Shown here piece after piece: positions 16,555 through 26,310 of a stretch of DNA of 64,000 nt. The notes beneath the pieces were generated by a model that saw only the letters and a list, made by a program, of their open reading frames with translations, ran no database searches and was not told the origin of the DNA. The stretch lies in the NCBI GenBank assembly GCA_035489815.1, contig DATHJH010000005.1, positions 20,406-84,405 on the forward strand, read 5' to 3'. Positions within the stretch are counted from its first letter, which is position 1. Each line of letters begins with the position of its first letter. The stretch comes from Candidatus Limnocylindria bacterium (lineage in GTDB: Bacteria > Patescibacteriota > Saccharimonadia > Saccharimonadales > JAGQNK01). The position numbers and the translations under genes are program-made.

Positions 16555-17211
16555 ATGGGAGAACGAGCGGTTTTAATTGCCGGCCCAGGCCAGCACTTTG
16601 CATATGAACTAGCGAGTGAGTTTGCGTATCATGGATATGACGTAGCTTTAGCTGGTCGAAATACTGACCAGCTAGATGCTCTCGCCTCCAGGCTTAGCGA
16701 GGATGGCGTTCCTTCGTTTTTGGTTAAAGCAGATTTCAGTGACTTGGCATCAGTCGAGGTAGCTCTTGAGAGGTGTTCCCAAGAACTGCCGCCTTGGAGT
16801 TCTCTTATTTACAACGTCAAGCATAGCCCAACGGGAGACGCCCTTACGACGGAGCTTCATGAACTTGAACATAGTTTGGGATCGAACGTTTTAGGCGCTT
16901 TGTATCTTTCGCGTATAGCGCTCCAGGCATGGGAGCGGGACAAAGAAGCCAGTATTTTGCTGTCTGGCGGCGGGTATAAAGATGCCCCGGATCCAAACAA
17001 GCTGGGACTCTCTGTCTCCAAAGGCGCCCTGCATTCTATGGCCCTCGCCATGGAGCCAGTATTCCGCGATCAGGGAGTTGCGGTAAAAGAAGTAGTGATC
17101 GATGGAGTCGTACGTCCCGAAGGCCCAATTTATCCCGAAGAACTAGCGAAACTCTACTGGTATGCTCATAGTAATAACTCGTCCGAAACCGTATTTACGA
17201 TCTCTGCCTGA
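16555..17211 (+). CDS. atypical short-chain dehydrogenase/reductase-like protein
   Basis: 218 aa. Rossmann-like N-terminus VLIAGPGQHFAYELA and an SVSKGALHSM segment in place of YxxxK. The motifs are degenerate. Confidence 0.5.
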   Translation: MGERAVLIAGPGQHFAYELASEFAYHGYDVALAGRNTDQLDALASRLSEDGVPSFLVKADFSDLASVEVALERCSQELPPWSSLIYNVKHSPTGDALTTELHELEHSLGSNVLGALYLSRIALQAWERDKEASILLSGGGYKDAPDPNKLGLSVSKGALHSMALAMEPVFRDQGVAVKEVVIDGVVRPEGPIYPEELAKLYWYAHSNNSSETVFTISA

Positions 17212-17406
17212 ATTTCAAGCTTCTGGTCCAGAAGGTACACGCTAGAAGTAAACTATAGCACTAAGGAGGGCGGGTAATTTCTCCTCTGCGAAAACACTTG
17301 CTCCTCAAGAATGCTGATCAGTTCAAAAGGTGTTGGACAATCTAAACTGCTCAAGCCCTGAACCGGATCTGATCGTTCGCCCGCCGGGCAAGTACGGCCT
17401 TTACGA

Positions 17407-18789
17407 TTACGCCTGAGTTGGCCCCGAGGTTACAGGGAGCGAGATAGTAAAGGTGGTTTGTCGACCGAAACTTGTTGCCTCGATCCGGCCACCAAAATTA
17501 CCCTCTATAAACCGGCGGGTCAGGTAGAGGCCCATGCCCATCCCGCCCTGTTTGGTGGTATAAAACGGCTCAAAGACCCGATCCAGGGCGACCGGTTCTA
17601 TGCCTTTGCCCCAGTCGGTAACCGTAAGCAGCGGGGACTTACCCTTGGTTCGCAGGATTATTTGTACCCGCCGTTTTTCACTGTCCTGACCGATGAGTGG
17701 TCCGTAACTTTCTATAGCGTTGTTGATAATATTTGTCAGGACCTGTTGGAACAAAACCTTTTCTCCTAGGCAACTAAGCTCGCCAGGGGACGAAGACTCC
17801 GGCTTTATCCACTCCAGTGTTACGCGGGCCTTTTTAGCAGCAGTCTCCATAAGCCCGACAACATGGGTTATCTCTTTGGTCAGGTCAAAGACTTTTGGGT
17901 CATACTGGCCCTTCAGCTGCTGGCGGGTGCGGCCCAGGACGTCATTTATCTGTTTAAGCTGCTTTTTCGCCCGGCGGACAGAGGGACTGCTTTCTTTGGT
18001 CTCAATACCATCAATCTCCAGCGCCAGCGATGTTAAATTATTGGCCAGGTCATGCATAAGGGCCGTACTGACTTCGCCCACCTCCGCCAGCCGATAAAGC
18101 TGCTGCATCTTTTCCGATTCTGCCGATCGCAGCTTTTGACTTTGACGCTTCAGTTTGTTGGTCAGAATACCTTTTTGGCGGGCAAAGGCGGCCTCGACCT
18201 CGCGCAACTGACGCCGCGTTTCTTCAAGCCGGTACAAAGAGCCGCTGATGGCGGCCAGAACATGGAAGAGCAGCGCAAAAAGAAGGGCAGTACTAAAGTC
18301 GGAGGGTTTTTGGCTCATGACATAGACAGGATGAACCAGCTCCTGCAACTCCGCCGCCCGGAACGCCAGCAGAAAGACCGTACTAATGCTGGCCGCAAGC
18401 AGGGAACATTTATAGCCGCAAAGGCTTCCCGCCAGAATAATTACGATGCAGCAAAGCACCATGGATCCAACACCAATACCGACGCTCCAAATAATCCCGA
18501 ATGACAAAAACAGGTAAAGACACATACTGTACAGACACGTAGACCCCACCACGCCTTTGGCGGCAAGCACTAACAGGATTACGGCCATGAGGCTGGCAAT
18601 CACAAAGTATGGCAGCGTCCGTATAGCGTAGGGACTATCCGCCACCAATCGGGCAACAAATAAAGCCAACGTAATAAGTGACAGACCAAGCGCTGTGACA
18701 AGCATATAGGTTCGAGCCAATCTTCGTTGCCAGGGATGCTGATGATGGTTGTTCATAAAACAGAGAACTTTATGGATAGATTGAAACAT
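17407..18789 (-). CDS. membrane sensor histidine kinase
   Basis: 460 aa. About 6 TM helices, H-box ALMHDLANNL, HATPase boxes NNAIES, DWGKGI and GGMGMGLYLTRRFI. Confidence 0.85.
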   Translation of the reverse strand: MFQSIHKVLCFMNNHHQHPWQRRLARTYMLVTALGLSLITLALFVARLVADSPYAIRTLPYFVIASLMAVILLVLAAKGVVGSTCLYSMCLYLFLSFGIIWSVGIGVGSMVLCCIVIILAGSLCGYKCSLLAASISTVFLLAFRAAELQELVHPVYVMSQKPSDFSTALLFALLFHVLAAISGSLYRLEETRRQLREVEAAFARQKGILTNKLKRQSQKLRSAESEKMQQLYRLAEVGEVSTALMHDLANNLTSLALEIDGIETKESSPSVRRAKKQLKQINDVLGRTRQQLKGQYDPKVFDLTKEITHVVGLMETAAKKARVTLEWIKPESSSPGELSCLGEKVLFQQVLTNIINNAIESYGPLIGQDSEKRRVQIILRTKGKSPLLTVTDWGKGIEPVALDRVFEPFYTTKQGGMGMGLYLTRRFIEGNFGGRIEATSFGRQTTFTISLPVTSGPTQA

Positions 18790-18798
18790 GTGATCTCT

Positions 18799-19767
18799 TT
18801 AGGGTTGCAAGCTGCTGTTTATGAGTTCGTGCTCTTTACCCATTCTTTCGGTGATATCCTGCGTGGTGCCAAATAACCGCATCGGCTTCCCGGCCGTATC
18901 CAGCATGACCTCGCCCAGGCTATGCACCCACACCAAAGAACCATCAGGCCGTTCCAGGCGATGAATGAGCGAGTATGGCTGATGATCGCTCAGTGCGTCC
19001 TGGACGGTTTCCTCGGTGAGCTGGCGGTCATCGGAGTACACACGCTGGAGGTAAGATTCATAGGTAACTTTTTTATGGGGATCCATACCAAAGGTGCGAT
19101 AGAGCTGGTCTGACCATTCCACGATGTCAGACCTGACATCCCAGGTCCAACTGCCAACGCCAGCCAGTTCCTCGGCCCTTTTCAATGACCTGATCTGTAG
19201 TTTCTGAACATCAAAAATGATCCGCTGGGCCTGTAAAAACAGGAGGCTCAGGGCAAAGGTAATGCCTCCCACAAAGTAAAAGTGCAGCATGACGTCCTCC
19301 GGGTAAGGCAGCGGCACGACTCCTTGTAGTTGCAGCAGCAGCAGGAAAAACGAGACAGCATAGGTGCATATCACCCAAAAACTACCGCCTCTGCCCGGAA
19401 CAAAAAACATCGCAAAGACCACATACGCCGGGAACCACATGAGGCCGGTATTCGCCAGTCCGCCGCTGACCTGCCATGGCAGCAGCACTACCGGGCCAAG
19501 TGCGGCAAAGACATTGGCGGCTATCACCAGCCTGTTATGAAACCGGATCGCCCACCAATTGGCGGCGATAATGCCCGCTGTACCAGCATACAAAGCAGCA
19601 AGTCCCAAAACGCCAGCCCTGGCTTGCAATACCGCATAAACCAGCAAAAAAGTCAGCGCCACCGGTGTAAAGGCCTGAAAAAGATATCTTTGCAGTTCCT
19701 CGTTCTGAGACAGCAGCCCAATAAGCTCCCGGTCCCCGGACTGACTCTGTAGTTTCTGTGCAGCCAT
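18799..19767 (-). CDS. polytopic membrane protein with C-terminal PAS domain (no kinase core)
   Basis: 322 aa. Multiple TM helices, then GVGSWTWDVRSDIVEWSDQLYRTFGMDP...RLERPDGSLVWVHSLGE, typical of PAS. Ends 9 nt before the kinase gene. Confidence 0.75.
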   Translation of the reverse strand: MAAQKLQSQSGDRELIGLLSQNEELQRYLFQAFTPVALTFLLVYAVLQARAGVLGLAALYAGTAGIIAANWWAIRFHNRLVIAANVFAALGPVVLLPWQVSGGLANTGLMWFPAYVVFAMFFVPGRGGSFWVICTYAVSFFLLLLQLQGVVPLPYPEDVMLHFYFVGGITFALSLLFLQAQRIIFDVQKLQIRSLKRAEELAGVGSWTWDVRSDIVEWSDQLYRTFGMDPHKKVTYESYLQRVYSDDRQLTEETVQDALSDHQPYSLIHRLERPDGSLVWVHSLGEVMLDTAGKPMRLFGTTQDITERMGKEHELINSSLQP

Positions 19768-19912
19768 AGTTCAAAACCTACCCCTAATTACATCTTTCAG
19801 CATAGCAGTTTTACAGGGAAGACGAAATAGAGGTGGATGGGTTCATGGTATGCGCTCGCCTAATGGCTTATACTTACATCCAAAGCATAAACAGTATGTT
19901 TGAAGCCCAAAG

Positions 19913-21751
19913 ATGAAACATGTACCCTTGTCCTGGCTCCGTCGTTTTCAGTTTGCACTGCTCGCTCTTGATGCAGTTGTGCTGGGGTTTTACCTGTACG
20001 GCGTTTTGGCCGGCGACCCAGCGTCGCAGCATGCCGTCGAAGGCTTGCATAGCCACAACCAGGCAGGCACAACTGCTCCGCTCTTTGGTGTTTCTGTACT
20101 GATAGCAAGCCTGGCCGGTTTTCATGCGCTCTACACGTTAGGAATTACCTGGTGGCTTGACAAGCGCCGTACCTGGTTAGTGCATGCCGTCGGCGTACTG
20201 ACGTCAGGCAGTATATTAGTCCTGCTCGCCAACAGTGATAGCCCCATCCACCTTGTCCATCATGTGATGCTGATGTGTTTTGTGTTCCTGGCAACCATGG
20301 CCGGTACCCTGGTGGCGGGAGTAACTGTGGCACTGGCTTTTATATTTCTGATTATTACTTCAGTCGGGGCAAGCCACCTGACAGCCGACCCGGCCGGACA
20401 CATCGTAGAAATGATCCTCGTCAACCTTTCTGCCATTAGCGCCGTAGGCGGCTGGTTTATTTTTAATAAATACTACGTCCAGAAGACCGATCCAAAGGTA
20501 GTAGAATCTTTAACCAGACTTGTAGACAGAGAGCGCACTACGGTGAGTCTTATCCTGGAGTCTATCACCGACGGGGTCATGATCATCGACACGGACGGCA
20601 TAGTACGCATACTCAACGCCAGTTCCGCGAAGATGCTTGGATGGACCAAGGAAGAAGCCCGAAACCTTCAATACACCTCACTGCTCTTAGCTGCCGGTGC
20701 ACCTGGTAAGTCCCCGATGCCTGCAACGCAACCATCCGAAAGTCTGGCCATTGCCAAAACATTTGAAAGCAGTAAACCCGAACAGCAGGTCAGCCTGTTC
20801 AAAACGCGTGATGGCCGGCAGATTTACCTGGATATAACCGCTTCTCCACTTATACAAGGCGGGGAGGCGGCTGATGCAGGGCAAAAAGTTGTGGGCGTCA
20901 TAGCCGTGCTCCGTGACGTGGACAAACAAAAGCGCGAGGAAGAGCAGCGCAGTGAGTTTATCTCAACTGCCAGCCACGAAATGCGCACGCCGGTAGCAGC
21001 CATTGAAGGCTATCTGGCTCTGGCACTCAACAACAAAGTCAGTACCATAGACGCAAAGGCCCGGTCATACATAGAAAAAGCCCATTCCAGCACCCAGCAT
21101 CTCGGCAAACTGTTTCAGGACCTGCTGACCAGTGCCAGGGCAGAGGACGGCCGGCTCGTCAGCCATCCGCAGGTTATAGAGATGGGCCACTATTTAGAAC
21201 AGCTGGTCGAGACCCTGCGCTTTAGCGCAGAGAAAAAGGGCTTGTTGATGGACTTCACCGTGGGCGCCAGTACAACAGAGCAAAACACGGCCGTAACCGG
21301 CAAAATCATTAAGCCCCTCTACTATACCCATGCCGATCCGGACCGCATGCGCGAGGTCATCACGAACCTGTTTGACAACGCCGTCAAGTACACAGAGACA
21401 GGCAAAATATCCCTGGGGCTCACCGGCAATACAGAAATCGTACAGATGTTTGTTAAAGACACAGGCCCCGGTATCCCTGCAGCCGACATTAGCCACCTCT
21501 TCCAAAAGTTTTACCGGGTAGACAATTCCGCTACCCGCACTATTGGGGGGACTGGCCTTGGGCTATTCATTTCGCGCAAGATCGTAGAACTATATAAGGG
21601 CCGTGTATGGGTAGAAAGCGAGTTCGGTAAAGGCAGCACATTTTACATAAACCTGCCCCGGCTCGCCAACCAGAAAGCCGACGAATTACTCAGGTCCGAA
21701 CAAGCCACCGCCCAAAGCGCAAGCCCGCTTGACAGGCCCGCCGCTTCATAA
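19913..21751 (+). CDS. membrane PAS sensor histidine kinase
   Basis: 612 aa. TM region, PAS (ESITDGVMIIDTDG), H-box ASHEMRTPVAAIEGY, and HATPase boxes (DTGPGIP, GGTGLGLFISRKIV). Confidence 0.9.
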   Translation: MKHVPLSWLRRFQFALLALDAVVLGFYLYGVLAGDPASQHAVEGLHSHNQAGTTAPLFGVSVLIASLAGFHALYTLGITWWLDKRRTWLVHAVGVLTSGSILVLLANSDSPIHLVHHVMLMCFVFLATMAGTLVAGVTVALAFIFLIITSVGASHLTADPAGHIVEMILVNLSAISAVGGWFIFNKYYVQKTDPKVVESLTRLVDRERTTVSLILESITDGVMIIDTDGIVRILNASSAKMLGWTKEEARNLQYTSLLLAAGAPGKSPMPATQPSESLAIAKTFESSKPEQQVSLFKTRDGRQIYLDITASPLIQGGEAADAGQKVVGVIAVLRDVDKQKREEEQRSEFISTASHEMRTPVAAIEGYLALALNNKVSTIDAKARSYIEKAHSSTQHLGKLFQDLLTSARAEDGRLVSHPQVIEMGHYLEQLVETLRFSAEKKGLLMDFTVGASTTEQNTAVTGKIIKPLYYTHADPDRMREVITNLFDNAVKYTETGKISLGLTGNTEIVQMFVKDTGPGIPAADISHLFQKFYRVDNSATRTIGGTGLGLFISRKIVELYKGRVWVESEFGKGSTFYINLPRLANQKADELLRSEQATAQSASPLDRPAAS

Positions 21752-21879
21752 AGTTATACTTACGTTAGTAGTTACTTTACTCGTCGTATGACAATCAGAA
21801 GGGATGGATCACGAACGAAGCGAGTGGTACAATAATCTTAAAACATAAGCACCAAGCTAACGAACAGAGGAACCCATCC

Positions 21880-23187
21880 ATGGCAAAAATCATGCTCGTC
21901 GAAGACGACAACAACCTGCGCGAAATCTACGAGGCGCGTTTGCTGGCAGAAGGGTATGAGATAGTCTCCGCAGAAGATGGCGAACAAGCGCTTGCGCTTG
22001 CCGTAAAGGAAAAGCCTGACCTTATCATCAGCGATGTCATGATGCCAAAGATCAGCGGCTTTGACATGCTGGACATTCTGCGCAGCACACCAGAGACCAG
22101 GAACACCAAGGTTATTATGATGACCGCTTTGTCCCAGGCCGAAGACAAGGCCCGGGCCGACAAGCTGGGCGCAGACAGGTATCTGGTCAAATCCCAGGTT
22201 ACCCTGGAAGATGTAGCCAAGGTGGCACGTGAAGTCCTCCAGGACGAAGATACCGTACCCGCAGCAGCCGCAGTGGGGGCTCAGTCAACAGCACCAGTAC
22301 CCGGGCCAGCAAGCACGCCTCCAGCCGTTACACCGACACCCGTAGCGGCAGAACCTCCTGTACAGACACAGACACCTGTCGTCCCAGCCCCGCCTGTCAT
22401 ACCTCCCGTTCAACCACCTGCAGAGCCTCCAGCCAGTCCGGCTCCGCCGCCCGCAGCACCAGATCCGGGCCAGCAAACCGTAACCCCCGCAGGCGATCCA
22501 GGAGGTTCTTCGCAAGTTGAACCCCCAAAAGTCCCACCGACGACCCCCCAGCCGACAGTTAGCCTGCCGGCAGTAGACCCTGCCCAGATGCAGACGACGG
22601 CTGCTGAAACAGCTAACATAGAAAAACAAATTACTGATTTTGTTCAAAACATGCCCAGGCCTAATCCGGCAGCGCCTGCTCTCCCGGCACCAGTGTCGTC
22701 ACCGCCCTCCACACCCAGGCCTCCGGTCATGCCGATAACACCTGAACCTCCGGCTTCTTCTACAGATTCAACGAACGTGGCGGCCGGATCAGCCGCAACT
22801 ATGGCAAATACCGTGAATAACCTTCTGCAAAAATCTGCTCAGGCCGCCGCCCCAGCGGCAGACTCAACTCCAGATACCCCTCGGCTGGCAGTTCCGCACT
22901 CCAATCAGATATCGGGCAAGAAGGTGATAACGCCCCTCAATGACCTGTCTGCAAAGAGCGGCCCGGACCTCAACGAGCTCCTGGCCAAAGAAATGGCTGG
23001 CACCACGGCCCCGTCGCCACAACTCCAACCAGTCAGTCAAATCCCGCTACCGACGCAGCCGATGCCCGCACCCATGCCTTCTCCTGTTACCCCACAAGCC
23101 CCCGGCACTGATGAAGAAGTCGACATAAAGCCCCCTGGCAACGTCGTCCAGCCAGGCGGCCAAGACCCCAACTCCATAGCCCTGTAG
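21880..23187 (+). CDS. response-regulator receiver fused to a ~300-aa proline-rich tail
   Basis: 435 aa. The N-terminal 120 aa are CheY-like (MLVEDD, DLIISDVMMPK, TAL, K). The rest is low-complexity P/T/A/Q with no recognisable output domain. Confidence 0.85.
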   Translation: MAKIMLVEDDNNLREIYEARLLAEGYEIVSAEDGEQALALAVKEKPDLIISDVMMPKISGFDMLDILRSTPETRNTKVIMMTALSQAEDKARADKLGADRYLVKSQVTLEDVAKVAREVLQDEDTVPAAAAVGAQSTAPVPGPASTPPAVTPTPVAAEPPVQTQTPVVPAPPVIPPVQPPAEPPASPAPPPAAPDPGQQTVTPAGDPGGSSQVEPPKVPPTTPQPTVSLPAVDPAQMQTTAAETANIEKQITDFVQNMPRPNPAAPALPAPVSSPPSTPRPPVMPITPEPPASSTDSTNVAAGSAATMANTVNNLLQKSAQAAAPAADSTPDTPRLAVPHSNQISGKKVITPLNDLSAKSGPDLNELLAKEMAGTTAPSPQLQPVSQIPLPTQPMPAPMPSPVTPQAPGTDEEVDIKPPGNVVQPGGQDPNSIAL

Positions 23188-23253
23188 GAGTAGGGAAACC
23201 CTAAACACGAAGCCCTAAATCCTAAACAAATTCAAATATCTAATACCTATAGT

Positions 23254-23380
23254 CTCAAAACCTCCAATCCCGTCATACCGGGCCTGACCCGGTATCCTCA
23301 AATAAAGAAAATTAACTATTGTATCTACTACTGGATTCCCGGGTCTAGTTGGGAATGACGGTGGAGGTTGGGGTTTTGAG
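23254..23380. repeat. nested palindromic intergenic repeat, copy 3
   Basis: ctcaaaacctccaatcccgtcataccggg ... gggaatgacggtggaggttggggttttgag. Sits inside a second, imperfect outer inverted repeat. Confidence 0.8.
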
Positions 23381-23499
23381 GGTCAGGTTCTGATGATCAA
23401 AATATAAAACAGGCTGCCCTTGAAGCTGTTTGGAACATTTGGATTTTGAAATTATTTAGAGTTTAGGTATTAGGATTTAGGATTTCTAGTCGTTAGACT

Positions 23500-24168
23500 A
23501 TGGATGTGCGTCTAAACAAATACCTCGCCCTCGCAACCGGCATGTCCCGCCGGTCGGCTGACAATGTCATTGCCAAAGGGCAGGTGTTCATCAACAACAC
23601 CCCCGCACAACTCGGACAACAAATAGAACCAGACAAAGACGCCGTACTACTAAACGGGAAACTAGTAGCTCCACCAGAAAAACCTATAACCATCATGCTC
23701 AACAAGCCCAGTGGGTACGTCTGCTCACGGGACGGGCAGGGCAGTAAAACGGTCTACGACCTGCTGCCGGGCCAATACCGCCAGCTCAAGCCAGTGGGAC
23801 GCCTTGACAAAGAGTCCTCTGGGCTTCTGCTGCTCACCACTGACGGAACACTCGCCTACGAACTAACTCACCCTAGTTTCCAAAAAGAAAAACGCTACGA
23901 AATACAGCTAGACCACGACCTGAGCAAAAAAGATTTTGAACTAATCACTAAAACAGGTGTGCAGTTAGAAGATGGTCCCAGTAAATTGAAGCTCAACTTC
24001 ATAAACGACGGCAATACCGCATGGAAGGTCACCATGGCAGAGGGTCGCAACCGCCAAATCCGCCGCACCTTCGAAGCCCTTGGCTACCAGGTAACAAAAC
24101 TCCACCGCACTCACTTTGGCCCATATACCCTAAAAGTACTTAAAAGCGGTGAATGCACAGTGGTGTAA
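23500..24168 (+). CDS. pseudouridine synthase, RsuA/RluB family
   Basis: 222 aa. S4-like N-terminus (RLNKYLA..G.SRR.AD..I..G.V.IN) and the catalytic GRLDKESSGLLLLTTDG motif. Confidence 0.9.
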   Translation: MDVRLNKYLALATGMSRRSADNVIAKGQVFINNTPAQLGQQIEPDKDAVLLNGKLVAPPEKPITIMLNKPSGYVCSRDGQGSKTVYDLLPGQYRQLKPVGRLDKESSGLLLLTTDGTLAYELTHPSFQKEKRYEIQLDHDLSKKDFELITKTGVQLEDGPSKLKLNFINDGNTAWKVTMAEGRNRQIRRTFEALGYQVTKLHRTHFGPYTLKVLKSGECTVV

Positions 24169-24189
24169 GGTGTTATACTTTACTAAAGC

Positions 24190-25575
24190 ATGAGTAAAAA
24201 GCTACCCATCATTGCAATCGTAGGGCGGGCCAATGTTGGCAAGTCCAGTCTGTTTAACGCCATCTTGGATAGGCGGGAGGCGATAGTTGCGCGTGAACCG
24301 GGCACTACCCGCGACAGCATTATGGCCAAGGCGTCCTACAATGGCCAGGATTTCTGGCTGGTAGATACCGCTGGCATGAAGGATGCGGAGGACGATTTTG
24401 AGTTCACGATCCAGGAACAGATCACCCAGGCCGCAGACAGTGCCGACCTCATCTGGGTGGTCATAGAGGCCAGCACCATCGTGACAGAGGACGATCGCCG
24501 GGTCGCCAAGCTGGCGCTCAAAACCCGCAAACCGGTGTTCCTGGTCGTCAACAAAATGGACAAAAAACCCAAGGCCGATCCCACAGACTTCCAGCGCCTC
24601 GGCATCAAACCGATCCTCCTGACCAGCACTACGCAGCACCGGGGCATAGAAGCACTGCTGGAAACCCTTGTGGCAAACATTCCCAAAGCAACGTTAGCAG
24701 AGGACGAGGATCGGCTGCATGTCGCCCTGCTGGGCAGACCAAACGTTGGTAAGTCCGCGCTCTTTAATACCCTGGCCAAGAAACAGCAGGCCATAGTCGC
24801 TGACCGGGCCGGCACTACCCGGGACGTAAACCGGGCTGTTATACGCTACCAGGGCAGAGAAATCGAACTGATGGACACTGCCGGTATTCGCCGGGCCGGC
24901 AAGATCGGGCAAGGCATAGAACGCTTCAGCGTAGTCCGGTCCCTGGCAGCGATAGAACAGGCCGATGTCTGCCTGCTGTTGATGGACGCCAATGAACTGA
25001 ACGTCCAACTGGACCAAAAAATAGCCGGCATCGTCAAAGAGGCAGGCAAAGGACTGATCCTGGTGGTCAGCAAATGGGATGCCGCGGACAAGGACGCCTA
25101 CACCCGCGACCATATGGCGCCGCAAATCGCTGCCAAGTATGACTTTGTGCCGTGGGCACCCCTCATATTTACCAGCGCTGTCACCGGACAGAACGTGACA
25201 AAGATTTTTGACCTGGTCCTGGACATAGACCAAAAGCGCAATAAACATATTAGGACTCGTGATCTGAATAAGTGGCTCCGCCAGATCGTCGAGGAACACC
25301 CGCCGGCCGGGCTCAAAAACCGCTCACCCAAGCTTAACTACATCGTCCAGGAGGACGAGGACCCCACTAATTTCAAAGTCTACGGCGCCCACACCAAACT
25401 CTTACACTGGAGCTACAAGCGCTTCATGGACCGCCGCCTGCGCGAAGAGTTCGGCTTTGAAGGCACCCCAGTCAGATTCTGGTTCTTTGAGAAACACGAA
25501 ACCCACAAACACGGCGTCAGCCCCACGAAAGAACGCAACAAAGAAAACCGCCGCCGGGCCAACTCCAAATCCTAG
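24190..25575 (+). CDS. der: ribosome-associated GTPase Der (EngA)
   Basis: 461 aa. Two tandem GTPase domains (GRANVGKSSLFN and GRPNVGKSALFN, with DTAG twice) plus a KH-like C-terminus. Confidence 0.95.
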   Translation: MSKKLPIIAIVGRANVGKSSLFNAILDRREAIVAREPGTTRDSIMAKASYNGQDFWLVDTAGMKDAEDDFEFTIQEQITQAADSADLIWVVIEASTIVTEDDRRVAKLALKTRKPVFLVVNKMDKKPKADPTDFQRLGIKPILLTSTTQHRGIEALLETLVANIPKATLAEDEDRLHVALLGRPNVGKSALFNTLAKKQQAIVADRAGTTRDVNRAVIRYQGREIELMDTAGIRRAGKIGQGIERFSVVRSLAAIEQADVCLLLMDANELNVQLDQKIAGIVKEAGKGLILVVSKWDAADKDAYTRDHMAPQIAAKYDFVPWAPLIFTSAVTGQNVTKIFDLVLDIDQKRNKHIRTRDLNKWLRQIVEEHPPAGLKNRSPKLNYIVQEDEDPTNFKVYGAHTKLLHWSYKRFMDRRLREEFGFEGTPVRFWFFEKHETHKHGVSPTKERNKENRRRANSKS

Positions 25576-25689
25576 CCCGCCTTGACGTCTATAGATTCTG
25601 CCCTCTAACTTCTATATGCTATCCATATGGCATTATTTCAACGCAACCCGCACAGCGACCGGCAGCACCAGCCACTCTTTAGCATTGGG

Positions 25690-26268
25690 ATGAATAAAAC
25701 CGTCCTTATTGTTGGGCTGGGCAACATCGGCAAGGAGTTCAAAGGTACCCGGCATAACATCGGCTTTACCTGCCTTGATGCCTTTGCCGCTGCCCATGAA
25801 TTTGATACCTGGGCAGATAAGAAAGATCTGAAGTGTCTTATGACCAGCAAAACCCTAAGCGACACCCGCGTTATCCTGTGCAAGCCCACGACTATGATGA
25901 ACCTCAGCGGGGAAGCAGTGCAGAAAATCGTCCATTTTTATAAAATCCACCATCAGCAAATCATAGCGGTCCACGATGAACTAGCCATTCCATTTGGCCA
26001 AATCCGCACCCGGGTAGGCGGCTCAGACGCCGGCAACAACGGTGTAAAATCACTTATTACGCACATCGGTCCGGACTTTGGCCGGGTACGCATCGGCATT
26101 GACGGCGAAAAGTCCACAAAGATGGACAGCGCCGACTACGTGCTGGCAAAATTTACCCAAGAAGAACAGGAACATCTGCCAGCCCTCACCCGCGAAGTTA
26201 CCTCCGTCCTGACGGAATACATCTTCAGCAGCCAGCTCCCCCACGACACCCGCAGTTTCATGGCCTAA
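25690..26268 (+). CDS. pth: peptidyl-tRNA hydrolase
   Basis: LIVGLGNIGKEF.GTRHNIGF...HDELAIPFG..R...GGS.AGNNG. Start placed at the internal Met (MNKT). The ORF is also open from 25627. Confidence 0.9.
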   Translation: MNKTVLIVGLGNIGKEFKGTRHNIGFTCLDAFAAAHEFDTWADKKDLKCLMTSKTLSDTRVILCKPTTMMNLSGEAVQKIVHFYKIHHQQIIAVHDELAIPFGQIRTRVGGSDAGNNGVKSLITHIGPDFGRVRIGIDGEKSTKMDSADYVLAKFTQEEQEHLPALTREVTSVLTEYIFSSQLPHDTRSFMA

Positions 26269-26310
26269 AGAGTTTGCTATTATTTTAACTACCACCATAA
26301 GGAGATTACG

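Noticed and set aside
19835-21878. The 10-nt IS-end cores ggatgggttc (19835) and gaacccatcc (21869) flanking the PAS kinase gene, read as a composite transposon.
   Set aside because: Only 10 nt match, the orientation is inside-out relative to the IS ends, and one copy is simply the spacer before a start codon. The evidence is insufficient.
23196-23232. Telomere-like ccctaaa units (aaaccctaaacacgaagccctaaatcctaaac).
   Set aside because: There are only two or three imperfect units. They are part of the outer arm of a palindromic spacer, not a tandem array.
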